From Chara braunii (lineage: Eukaryota; Plantae; Charophyceae), in assembly GCA_003427395.1 (NCBI GenBank), contig BFEA01000020.1, positions 1,687,588 through 1,751,587 of the forward strand: a DNA stretch of 64,000 nt. Reading direction: 5' to 3'. A program made the position numbers and the translations under genes. Positions 37,098-49,100 of this stretch are shown here, in pieces; the first letter of the stretch is position 1, and every line of letters starts with the position of its first letter. The notes under the pieces are model-generated. The model was given only the letters and a program-made list of their open reading frames with translations. It did no database searches and was not told the origin of the DNA.

Positions 37098-37320
37098 TTT
37101 TTTTTTTTTTTTTTTCCCCTCTCTATTCGTGGGGAGCAGCATGTGCTGGGAACCGGGCCCAGTGTCCCTTACGATTTTTTTTTATTTTTATTTTTTTTTG
37201 CTCCGAACGAATCCTGGGGAGCAGCACGGGCCCAGCCTCCCTTACGAATGTACATCATTTGGAACATGAAAACATCAGGACATGACCACTATGCTGGAAA
37301 CTGGGTCCAGCGTCCCATAT
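37098..37320 (-). mobile_element. Three stacked LINE 3' tails
   Basis: Conserved motif at 37145-37170, 37215-37243 and 37291-37319; T-tracts at about 37098-37114 and 37175-37199. Confidence 0.75.
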
Positions 37321-39408
37321 TCGCAGCCCTAAGGCTGCGGTTTAGTTGGCTTCAGCGACTGTGTCAAGGTGTCGCATTTTTGGCGGCGGGCAACCGCGAT
37401 GCAAGGGGGTTCTTAGGGGGGGGAGAAATTTGGGGACTGGTCCTTCAAGATATTGCGGACTACCTACAGCTAGCTCTTCTAGAACCGGGACTTTTGGAAG
37501 AAGTAAGGACCGCTCCTCGGGTGGAAGTGGACCCCAAAAAGAAGTCAGGGCATGTGAACTGCAAAAGAGCCCTCAGGCCCAGGCGTTGAGGCCTATCTTC
37601 TCAAAACAAGGAGGTCAGGCGCAACGAAACAGGCGTTTTGCAAGAGGCAACTTTGCCAATTTACTTTGCTCCGAGGAATCCGCAGAAAAATCTTAAATTT
37701 TGAGAATCCGTAGATGAGGTCGTATTCTTTCCAGGAAAAATATCAGAACATTTCAGAAAATAATTTAGACCTGTCACGCCGATTCGGCACATTTTCCATT
37801 TTTGCCACTCAGCCATGTCTGGGCCAACTGAAAAAGTACTCCAAATTCAGGGAGTTTTCGCGCTCAGAAGAATGCATGAAAAAACCTGAAAATTGGAGTA
37901 CTCGTAGATTTTGTTGTGATCTTTCCAAGAAAAATGCTAAATAAAATTTAAAAATCCATTCCAACTGTGAAATAGATAGCGACCGCAATTTGACCCAAAT
38001 TTCAATTTTGNNNNNNNNNNNNNNNNNNNNNNNNNNNNNNNNNNNNNNNNNNNNNNNNNNNNNNNNNNNNNNNNNNNNNNNNNNNNNNNNNNNNNNNNNN
38101 NNNNNNNNNNNNNNNNNNNNNNNNNNNNNNNNNNNNNNNNNNNNNNNNNNNNNNNNNNNNNNNNNNNNNNNNNNNNNNNNNNNNNNNNNNNNNNNNNNNN
38201 NNNNNNNNNNNNNNNNNNNNNNNNNNNNNNNNNNNNNNNNNNNNNNNNNNNNNNNNNNNNNNNNNNNNNNNNNNNNNNNNNNNNNNNNNNNNNNNNNNNN
38301 NNNNNNNNNNNNNNNNNNNNNNNNNNNNNNNNNNNNNNNNNNNNNNNNNNNNNNNNNNNNNNNNNNNNNNNNNNNNNNNNAAAAAAAAAAAAAAAAAAAA
38401 AAAAAAACATGCCCTGGCCGTTTCGGATGGAGAGCCACCGGGGGGCACCGGTGGAGTCTTCTTTCATCCCCTTGCCCTGCGAGCCTCATGCTACCTCATG
38501 CTGTCCTCGCGCAATCGTGTGTTGGAAGATGGGTCCGACGTTCCTCTTGAAGGCGTCGAATGCTGAGAAGCGGGCTCAGTTAGAAGGCGCTTCCACAAGT
38601 GGTAACGAGTGGGGGGGGAAAGGGTCCGGGAAGTCGATCGCCGGTATCAAGGGGATGTGAGGCTCTATCGCAGTCAAGTCCCGAAAGGAGAGCTTGTAGT
38701 CTCTGGGCATTTCTCCCTCTGCCTCCCTTCCCTTTCCATGGGGGTTATCCCCTCATCAAGATACGTCCGACATCCATCCCCCCCTTCTTTCCCCCAACCA
38801 TTCTTCGCAGAAGCGTGTGATGATTTTAGCGATGTCCTTCCTGGTATGCACAAAGCTCATTCGCTATCTGACTGTCTGCCACTGGTTAGTAATCTCTGTT
38901 TGTACTAGTTGCATAACCACCTTTGTTACCTGCCCCTCCTCCACCCATGCCCCGTCAATTTTCAGGATGCATCTTCCCACCAAAAAAAAAATATATTTTT
39001 ATTTTTTTTCATGACTCATATAGAGTTAGAGTCCTCCTAAAAAGAAAAACAGGTAGCTTTTTTTTTTTAATCTTCTTCTTTTTTTTCTTCTTTTTCTTCT
39101 TCTTTGCAATTTCTTTTTTTCCGTTTCTTCTTTTTTGCTGTTTTTTATTTCTTCTTCTTCCTTGCTGTTTTTTTTCCCCCTTCATCTTTTTCTTCTTCTT
39201 TTTCATCTTCTTCTTTATCTTTCTCTTCTTTTTATTATTATTTTTAATCTTTTTTTTTTCTTTGTTTTTTTGTTTTTCTCTTCTTCTCCTTCTTGTTCCT
39301 GTTCTTATTCTTGTTCTTGTTCTTGTTCTTGTTCTTCTTCTTCTTCTTCTTCTTCTTCTTCTTCTTCTTCTTCTTCTTCTGGCAATTCGGTGGCGGTCGC
39401 CAGACACA

Positions 39409-39464
<56 letters not shown>

Positions 39465-39544
39465 TGCCACGTGGCAGCTCATTAGAAATCGGCTGCCAAG
39501 TGGCAGCCGGAGAGGAGCCTTTGCCAAGGTGGAGAATGTCATGT

Positions 39545-39735
39545 GCTAAGAAATGAAATCCTTCTCCCGTAGTGACTATGCGAGTTTGATCAGGCACAAA
39601 GTGCAGGCCCATGGGTTGGAGCCATTGTGATAGGAACCCTTGAGCGCCTTGAACAACTCTTCGAGCCTTGTGAAGAACAACGAAATCATCGGCGTATCTT
39701 ACTAGGATAACTCGGCCTTCGGCCGCCTGCAAGTT
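39545..39735 (-). pseudogene. Group II intron reverse transcriptase/maturase fragment (RT domains 5-7)
   Basis: VILVRYADDFVVLH..LSQWLQPMGLHFVPDQTRIVTTGEGFHFL matches the group II pattern RYADDF..GLxLxxxKTRI..GFxFLG. Confidence 0.8.
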
Positions 39736-39953
39736 TCCAGTGGTGATCTTATTTCTATTCAACAAAATTGCAAGTCAACCATCAAACAAAATATAAGATA
39801 TAACCAAGCCATTACTCGCTGACTTAGAGAATCATGTCGTTCAGCCACTACATAATCGAGTTCGTTATCCTCGTTCGTTCCGACTTTTATCTCCCGAGTC
39901 GACCTCGGAGGTGCGAGCCTCCTGTGGGGGGGGGTGCCTTGTGAGTGAAGAAG

Positions 39954-39989
39954 CTGTCTCTTATACACATCTAGATGTGTATAAGAGAC

Positions 39990-39991
<2 letters not shown>
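39954..39991. other. Nextera mate-pair junction adapter; assembly artefact
   Basis: Exact 38-bp junction sequence. Confidence 0.99.
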
Positions 39992-40062
<71 letters not shown>

Positions 40063-40289
40063 ACTCGCCTCACAAGTTTTTTTTTTTTTCTTCACCAAAT
40101 TGGGGGTGCACAACACGTACAACCCGCCCACAATTCTGGAAGTTGTGATTTGGTTTTCTGTTTTTTTTTTACCCATCTGAAAACCAAATTAGTTACCCCC
40201 ATTTTTTATTATTATTATTATTTTTTGGCGGGGGATCCAGGGTCCGTGAGCCCCGATCGCCGGTGCGCGGCTCCGCCTGGCTGTGGCGC

Positions 40290-41350
40290 GGCCGAGGGTA
40301 TCACGTAGGCGGTGGGTCCGTCGACATTTCGTGCACCAAGGCACCGCCCGTCCCTGCAAATACAGCCTGGTATGGTCGATCAACCAGTCATTAGTTGGAA
40401 GGCATCGGTGGGTCACTTGCCACTATAGCGATGAGATCTTGGTCGCCCTCAATTTGGCTCCGTGAAACCATTGAATGGGATGTTGGGTACTCTGATCAAT
40501 GTTGAGATGGTGTTGCCACTTGTCGCCGATTGTGTCCCGCAACTTTTTTTTGGGTTTCAACATACGGTATGTTGTTTTGACCTTCATGTCACAAGACTTA
40601 AAGGTCGTTGTGTAGTCCTTGCTCTCCTGCCTCCCCCCCCCGGGTTCCACTGTCATTCCCAGGGGTCAAAGGGCAGGTTCGCTATTGTTATCATCGGTCG
40701 GAAAGCCCTTTGTTCCCCTCCCATCTGTATGACCCTAACGCGAACCAACACCTCGTTACCACCCACCATGTGTACCATCCCAACCAAACCCGGGTCACTA
40801 GGGAGTCCCACCCAGTCTCCTTATTTCAAAACACGGCCTCTTTTTAGGATAGAGTACCATGCCAGCGAGAAGTGAAGACCCGAATTTGGAGAGTGTACAT
40901 TGAGTCTGGGCGGACAAAACCCTATGGATGCCCTGTCTTGGCGTTCTATCACTACGTCTGGTAGTGAACTCACGAATTTGAGAGGTGTACACCGGACAGC
41001 AAGCGAAGCAATGCCGCGTTTTTCCCGATTTTGAACTCTCTGACTGCTCTCTGTAAACTATCAACAAATTCGTACAGTGGACAGTAGTGGAGTTAGGCCC
41101 TTAGATCTTTTCTTTCTTGAGAGAAAAATCCGATAACTGAAATTAGGGCGGGACAATGCCCCACTTGGAGAGGTTTGGTTTTGGTTTGGAGTCGTGTGAC
41201 AACCCAGATGGAAAAAAAAAATGAGGTTGCTCGCATTTGGGGGCTAGAAACGAGAACCGTCTCCTTTTGTCCCTCAAGTGGCTGATGTATCTGCAGAATG
41301 TCGTGGTTTGGTCCACCAGTTGTCAGGTACACTGTCCCAGTTTTTTTTTC
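40290..41350 (-). mobile_element. Decayed LINE ORF2 C-terminal fragment related to the LINE at 1-4048
   Basis: KVKTTYRMLKPK..KISSL*WQVTHRCLPTNDWLID..WCTKC aligns with KVKSAYRMLRPR..KIASLQWQIEHRCLSVNDWLID..WCKLC. The upstream boundary is approximate. Confidence 0.8.
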
Positions 41351-41571
41351 ATCTTTATTTTTTTGAGAAAACTACGACGCAGTCAAGGTTTAAGTTTCAA
41401 GATGCACTTCATGGCAACCTTGCTTCGACCGTCGCTATGCGCTCTGCCAAACCTTATTGGGTTCGGCAGAACTCGACGACCCGTGCTGTTGTCCAAGGTG
41501 GTACCAGTGAGATATCGTCTTGGTGTCTCTTCACCACACACCCTAGGGGGGATATGGCGTCATACTAGCCA

Positions 41572-42077
41572 CTGTGTAGCATTGTGTTCGGGTTCGGTGA
41601 CCGAACCCGAACATTCGGGACCGAACGCGAACGAGCGCCGAAACACTTCGAACGCGAACATAAAAATATTATTTAAAAAAAAATAAAAACAATTTCTTCG
41701 AAAAATTTGAAACAAATAAATGTTATGTAAAATAATAATACAAACAACGTTTGCCTTGGAGGTTTGGTCAAATTCGTAACCAAACTCGAGTTAAAAATCA
41801 AAAACCAAAAAACAGAAGTTTTTTTTTTTTTTTTTTTTTTTTTTTTGTTCGGCTGAACACGTTCTGGTGGCGTTCGGCCTAACACCCGAACATGTTCGAA
41901 CGTTCGGAAAAGCTCCGAACATGTTCGCTGTGCTACACAGGTTGGGGCCTAAGCATTTGTCCTTAGTCATACTGTTGATTGTCGCCATTAATTCTGACAT
42001 GTCAAAAACGGTCAAGAGCTGTCTCTTATACACATCTAGATGTGTATAAGAGACAGCATGTTCGGTGTGCTACACAG
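41572..42077. mobile_element. MITE with 8-bp TSD (hAT-like)
   Basis: TIR CTGTGTAGCA / TGCTACACAG; TSD ACTAGCCA at 41564-41571 and 42078-42085; many CGAAC/GTTCG subterminal repeats. The right end is duplicated around an adapter. Confidence 0.85.
42019..42056. other. Nextera mate-pair junction adapter; assembly artefact
   Basis: Exact 38-bp junction sequence. Confidence 0.99.
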
Positions 42078-42249
42078 ACTAGCCATAGGTGTAGAGGAGA
42101 CAGACAGAGAGAAGTGTCTTCCTTCGGCTTCAGTTGGCAAGAGGGGGAGAATTGACTGGATGTGCAATTGGAGTGTCGAGTCCAAAAACGACCACAAAGA
42201 ACATTGGTAGAAAGTAAGGGTAGAATAACGATGGAGTCTACTTCCAAGC

Positions 42250-42610
42250 AAGATGGAACGGGGCGATCCCCCTCTCCTGCACCGCACGAAGAGAGAAATT
42301 ACTAAGAGGATGAAGACAAAATCAAGGAGCTGCTGGCAATGTGTTTCGACAATGGGGTCTATCCGACAAAGATAGACCCGGGCGAAATGGTGGTTGAGGG
42401 TAGGGAGGTGCGAAACACCTCGCTCGATGATATCAAGGTCAAATGGTTGAAAGAGTGAACAGTCACAGTCATCTATATGGATTCTACAATGACACAACAT
42501 GATTTCTACCGAAGAATATCAAGGATGACCTGATTCATGTGTTTGAAGATGGGTAGTGCTGGGGAACGAGAACCTAACTGAGAATACAAGACTTGGGAGA
42601 ATCAAAATAC
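42250..42610 (+). pseudogene. Decayed coding fragment, probably LINE ORF1 (DUF4283-like)
   Basis: EDEDKIKELLAMCFDNGVYP..DPGEMVVEG..LDDIKVKWLKE*TVTVIY..LPKNIKDDLIHVFEDG* with stops and frameshifts. The family assignment is from recollection. Confidence 0.45.
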
Positions 42611-43092
42611 ACCACTAGATCCCCCAATCGGCATTAGGCAGAGTCTGTTGATGTTCGTAGGGGAGAGGACCCTGGACCTGAGGGGAGGCACAAGCATCGG
42701 TCCGGTTGGCATAGTCCCTGATGCTACCAGGCTATTACCATTTGTCCCCTAGCCGGTATCGCCTACCTGCAGATCGGGAGCAGCCCCCCGCATGTTCTCT
42801 CGTGAACACGATTTTGGCTGCTATGGGGTTCCCCATATGACTACAATTAGGAGTAGTGGTAGGTAGGTAGTGTGAGGTGAAATTGAGAGTGCTTACTGTA
42901 AACTGCAAGTACACGGCCCCAGCCTTACACAAAGTTTTTGTCACTACAAGCAAAACTTGGAGGGGCCGCGCGACGTGGGGTGCCGTTGAAAAAAAAAAAT
43001 CTTATGCCGTATTCAAGTGGCTTCCTAGGCCACATGCTAGGTCCTCATGTGTCGGCACCAAGGCGCTATTTTCCTTAGTGTCGTTGGCCCTG

Positions 43093-43700
43093 TAGCGGAC
43101 CTCTGGTTGGCCTGTGAGAAGCCCCTTGGCCTGTTCTCACAGGCCTGTGTTTTATTCGGGGCAGTCCAGTCCAGGCCGGTACCTCTGTCGGTACCAGCCA
43201 GTCTAGTCCAGTCCCATCAGTCCGCTGGGGTATACCCTAGCCGTTGTCTGTTTTCGAGATCATTCTACACTTGCACGATTTTGGAGTACGTGCGTTGGAG
43301 TCTTGCGTGGGAGCTGCGCTGTGCCATCTCGCTCCTCCCTCATCCTCCATCTCTATCTGTATCCCAGGTGGAGCACCTTCCCGGTGGGTCTGCTACATTG
43401 GTATCGGAGCGGTAACGTTCCCCGCTCCCACCCACCACCCCGTACAACTGGGAATACAACAAACCCGACAACGGGTTTTTTCGCTGTTTTTCGGGTGTTT
43501 TCCAGCGAAAAGGAGGGAAAAAGCAGGCAGCTGCAGAAGACAACACGTACGCCAAGGCCAAGGCCGCCGCACGCGCGCGCGCGTCACACGTCCACGCTGC
43601 CCCTCCCCGCCCCGCTCCGCTCTGCTCCCGGATTTACATTATGAAGATCCAAGATTTTTGTTGCCACTGGGGTTTGAACCCAGGCGCCTGCTAGGCCATG
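43093..43700. mobile_element. Non-autonomous DNA transposon-like repeat, copy 2 (inverted relative to 17130-17950)
   Basis: Starts TAGCGGACCTCTGG and is colinear with the reverse complement of about 17280-17950. Confidence 0.7.
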
Positions 43701-44913
43701 CGCGTATGTAAGCACCCTGATAACACACTCGCCACAGTGTATACANNNNNNNNNNNNNNNNNNNNNNNNNNNNNNNNNNNNNNNNNNNNNNNNNNNNNNN
43801 NNNNNNNNNNNNNNNNNNNNNNNNNNNNNNNNNNNNNNNNNNNNNNNNNNNNNNNNNNNNNNNNNNNNNNNNNNNNNNNNNNNNNNNNNNNNNNNNNNNN
43901 NNNNNNNNNNNNNNNNNNNNNNNNNNNNNNNNNNNNNNNNNNNNNNNNNNNNNNNNNNNNNNNNNNNNNNNNNNNNNNNNNNNNNNNNNNNNNNNNNNNN
44001 NNNNNNNNNNNNNNNNNNNNNNNNNNNNNNNNNNNNNNNNNNNNNNNNNNNNNNNNNNNNNNNNNNNNNNNNNNNNNNNNNNNNNNNNNNNNNNNNNNNN
44101 NNNNNNNNNNNNNNNNNNNNNNNNNNNNNNNNNNNNNNNNNNNNNNNNNNNNNNNNNNNNNNNNNNNNNNNNNNNNNNNNNNNNNNNNNNNNNNNNNNNN
44201 NNNNNNNNNNNNNNNNNNNNNNNNNNNNNNNNNNNNNNNNNNNNNNNNNNNNNNNNNNNNNNNNNNNNNNNNNNNNNNNNNNNNNNNNNNNNNNNNNNNN
44301 NNNNNNNNNNNNNNNNNNNNNNNNNNNNNNNNNNNNNNNNNNNNNNNNNNNNNNNNNNNNNNNNNNNNNNNNNNNNNNNNNNNNNNNNNNNNNNNNNNNN
44401 NNNNNNNNNNNNNNNNNNNNNNNNNNNNNNNNNNNNNNNNNNNNNNNNNNNNNNNNNNNNNNNNNNNNNNNNNNNNNNNNNNNNNNNNNNNNNNNNNNNN
44501 NNNNNNNNNNNNNNNNNNNNNNNNNNNNNNNNNNNNNNNNNNNNNNNNNNNNNNNNNNNNNNNNNNNNNNNNNNNNNNNNNNNNNNNNNNNNNNNNNNNN
44601 NNNNNNNNNNNNNNNNNNNNNNNNNNNNNNNNNNNNNNNNNNNNNNNNNNACTGCCACGTGGCAGCTTGTGGTGGAACTGAAGACCCTCCTGCTTAGGGG
44701 GCTGCTCTACACTGGTGAGGGCCTGCTCACACAACAGACCCTAGATCTGCAGATCTGCAGAACTGCTGCTAGGGGCTGATCAAGATCTCAGCCCCCTCTC
44801 TCCTCCGCCTGGCTTGCTGCAGCGAAGGCCAAGACCCTCCTGGTCTTGGTACACCTTGTGCCCTTGGAGACACCAAGGGCCAGGTATCACTTCTCACCTC
44901 TCCCTACTAACCC

Positions 44914-44971
<58 letters not shown>

Positions 44972-46188
44972 ACTCATACCCCTCTCCCCACCTCACCTTT
45001 TCTCCCACCACCCATTCTTTCTCTCTTTTCTTCATTTATGTTCTTTTCTTTCCTCCTTCTTTTCTCTTTGCTTCTTGATCCCTGTCCACCTTTCCCCATC
45101 CCTACTCTCCCCCAACTACCACCACATCATCCCCCTACCTCCCACTTCCATCTTTTTCTCTCTCCCACTCATTTCTCTCTTCTCTCCTTCACCTTTTCAT
45201 CCCCCTTCCCCCCAACTTCGAAAATTTCTGTTTTTTTCTTTTTCTTCTTTTTATCTTCTCTTGATTTATATTTCCTCTCATTTCCAAAAAAAAATGAATT
45301 ATGTTATTCCCCACCCTCTTTTCTGATTTTGTGATTTATTTAATTTTCTTTTTTTTATTCTGAAAAATCGATTTTCTTTACGACAATCCTAAATCTGATT
45401 AGGTGTTTGTCTTTCTTGCTTTCGGCACATGTTTTAACCCCGTGGGGGTAACGAAGTGTTGCCGAAATTTTTTTATTTTCTCTGACTTAGTCTTTTCGAC
45501 ACACTTCGACCTCATGGGGGTAACGAAATGCTGCCAAAATTTTTGAAAAATCAGATAACCCATCTCTCTGCACCTCCTCACCCACTCATTTACTTATTTA
45601 TTTATTTATCTATTTATTTATTATTATTTTATTTATTTTCTGATTTTTTTAATTTGTGGCAGTTTGAAACCTAGTGTGCCTATCTTAGTCTCTTCTTTCC
45701 CCTTGGCACATTCTTGACCCCATGGGGGGTAGGGAAATGCTGCCGAAAATATTTAAAAAATACATCTTATTTTTCTTTTCACATTTTGTTTACTTCTTCC
45801 TTTAATTATTTTTATTATTTATTTTTTTTTGTTTTTTTTTTGAAATCTCGCTGCTTATTTATTTTTCTCCCGCCTTCCCCCCCTATGCTTGCTATTTTAT
45901 TTTCTTGATTAGGTCACCGGTACCCTACCTTAACCACTCAAACTCCGGTTAGGGTTTTCCTAGGGTTTTTCTAGGGTTTAGGGTTCTTCAACCCCCCCCN
46001 NNNNNNNNNNNNNNNNNNNNNNNNNNNNNNNNNNNNNNNNNNNNNNNNNNNNNNNNNNNNNNNNNNNNNNNNNNNNNNNNNNNNNNNNNNNNNNNNNNNN
46101 NNNNNNNNNNNNNNNNNNNNNNNNCCCCTACGCCCTCCGCTCACGCGGACCTCCTCTGACCCCCTCCAGTCCGGCCCGTCACCTCCCC

Positions 46189-49100
46189 ATGGCCGACGGT
46201 GTGTCACACGCCGCCGACGCGACAACGACCACGGCAGCGGGCTCCACACCCGTGCCGGCGGACCAGGGCCATCAACCCCAGGGGGATCTGCACACCCTCC
46301 TCACTTCCCTCCTCGCGCCCATCCAGGCACAACTCGCAGTCCTCGCACCCTTACAGGCGCAGGTGGCGACCCTTGCCGCCGGCATGCAGCAACTCCAGGA
46401 CGCTGCGTGTCCTTCATCTCCTAGCTCCCAGTCCGGCTCCCCCGTCCTCCGACAGGGTGGCCACGGTGGAGCTTCCTCCTCCATTGACCCCGACCCGGCC
46501 ATCTTGGTGACTGTCCACGCCCCTAGCACGACGGCTGCCACGAGCCAGACCCTCCTTCAGTCTACGGATGCACCCGCCCAGATTCCGGTCACTATGGCCA
46601 CGGGACCACAACCCGCTACCATGGTCTCAACTTTTCTGGGTGCCCCACTTCTCCCCCCCCTTCGCACGACCGCAGCGTCACCTGGCTCTCCCCCCTTTAG
46701 GATGCCCCGCGCCGCTTGTGCGTCCACTTCCTCCACTCTTCCTCCTGCCACTCCTCGCTCGATCCACGTCCAACGTCTCGAGGATGAGCTTGTCCAGATC
46801 CAGGCCGACCTCGCCCTCTTACGCCTTCAACCATCCCCACCCTCACAGGTGGCCGCGCCTTCGGGCGCACCTCCTCCTTCCTCTACCCTTCCTTCCATGC
46901 AGGCTCGCTTTCCTCGTCCTGCACCCTATCCAGCCCCATCCTACCTTCTTCCTGTTCCCTCGGTTGCTGCGACCTCTTCTACTGCAGCTCCCTCGCAGCC
47001 TGCCGAAGTTGGCCCCGTCACTCCCCCATGGGGCCCAGGCGCACAGTCAGCTGCGCCCCTTTCTCCAGGACCTGCGCCGACTTACTTAGCCGTGGCACAG
47101 GCCTCTGCTCCTCGATCCCCTCGCCGCCAAAACGGTGGCGCACCACTCGTCCGCTTGTCGGACATTGCCCTGTATGACGGTACAGGTATACGCGTGTCTC
47201 GGTGGTTGCAGTTTGCCACCCGCGCGCTCCAGCTCATGGGCGCCACACCCAACACGTGGGTAGGTCACCTCTCCACGCGCCTGCGTGGCGGTCCTTTCGA
47301 GGCCTTGGAGGATTTCTACGCGCACTCCCTCCGCGCGGGTCGGACCTCGACCTTCATGGATTTCCAGGCGTTCCTTGAGGTTTGGAGCTCGGCATGACGT
47401 GACTGACGCCTTCGAGCGTGTCATCACTACACGCTGGTCCGGCTCTGGTGGCGCTGCCGGCCTGGATTGCCACATCCAGGTCTTTCAGGACGCCCGCCTC
47501 ATTTGTGACGTGGCGTTCCTCCCCGAGGCTGCCCTTATCGATCGTTTCTTGGCCAGCCTCCCGCTCGAGTAACGCTCCGAGTAATGGCGGTACGAGTTCA
47601 CATCGACTCCACAGGCTTACGAGGCCGCCAGAGACCATCAACGGATGCGGACCCGTCTTCACCCCGCCTCCTCCTCCCAGCCCCAACGTACTGGTTACGC
47701 CTCCTCCTCCTCTCACGGCACTTCCCAGCGCCGTTCCCCTTTCCGCGGTCGCCCCCGCCGTTCCGCGCAGCAGGGCCGCCACTTCTCACGCCGCTTCAGC
47801 GCGCTCGAGGATGGTGAGCAGGACGCTGGTGCCCCGCTGTCGCCAGAGGGTGACCATAGCGACGACGTCGACCTCGGCGAGACCGTCCACCACCACCTGG
47901 AGGACTCTACTCTCCCTATGGTTGAGCGCCTCCAGCTCATCCTCTCCAACCTTTCCCGAGCACGCAGCCGCCCTGGTCACGCTGGCGTGTCGCCCCCTGA
48001 GGTCCCTCCAAGTCAGCAGGACCTCCCTCAGGGCTTTGTCCCTCCTCGCGGTGTCCTTTCCGCTGAGGAGCGTGCGACTATTTTGGGCCGGCATGGGTGT
48101 TTGCGATGCCGTCAGGACGGTCATACCTCCTCGCGGTGCCCTTACACCAACGCCCTTGACCGCCATTACGCTGACCTTTCCCACCAACGTCGTGCTCAGT
48201 CCCGCCCTGCCGCCTCGTATGCTCGCGGCACCTCGCATGCCCGCGGCGCCTCGCATTCCCACGGCGCCTCCTATCCACGGTGCAGTGTACACTTGCGCCC
48301 TCCTCAGTACTCGGCTTCTCGACATCCCCGTCACGGTTTGCCCCTCTCGCTACTGGAGTTGAGGTCTCGCAGGATCCGATAGAGTGTATTCAACCCTCTT
48401 TCGTAGTACCGTCTGGGCCTCCGCAGACCACCGTCTCCCCTTCTACCCCTCCGCGACTACCGACGCGTCGAGCCATTCGCTCAGCCCGTTGCAGCGAGCA
48501 GCTCGCTACTCGCGAGGACGTTGTGTCCTCTCTTCTGGACTTGAGCATCCTCCAGGCTCGTCAGGAGCGACTCACCCTCCATGTTGCTGCACTGCGTCAC
48601 CTCCTCACCATCCTCTCTGACCCTGATTGCACCCTCCCGATCATCCCCGTACGGCTGCGGACTTCCACGAGGGTGTACTCAGCGTTGTGGGATTCCGGTT
48701 CTCAGGGCGACTTCATTCACTCACGTGTGGTGAAAGAAACCCGCTTACCCACGACAGGGTCTCCGACTCCCATCTCCGTCACCCTAGGGGATGACAAGAC
48801 TCAGCGCTTCTTCGATCAGACGGTCACCGACCTCCCTTTCTTCCCCACTCTCGAGCCAACTGATCGTTCCCCGGCGTCTTGTCACCACCGCTCCTCTGCA
48901 CATTTCGATGTGATGGAGACGGGGTACGACTTCATTCTCGACATTCCGTTGTCTCGTCGGTTCCGCAGCACCGACGCCGATTGGGCGACCAACACTCTCG
49001 TTCTCAAAACGAAGTGTGGACAGACGTATCGAGTACCTTTCATAGGTACCACTGCGACACCACGCCCCGTCCTCCTCCCCCGGAGCCTTCCGTGCCCACA

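Noticed and set aside
38923-39556. Long Phe/Leu-rich or Lys/Arg-rich ORFs, and ORFs spanning N gaps or (GA)n tracts
   Set aside because: Products of microsatellites and assembly gaps.
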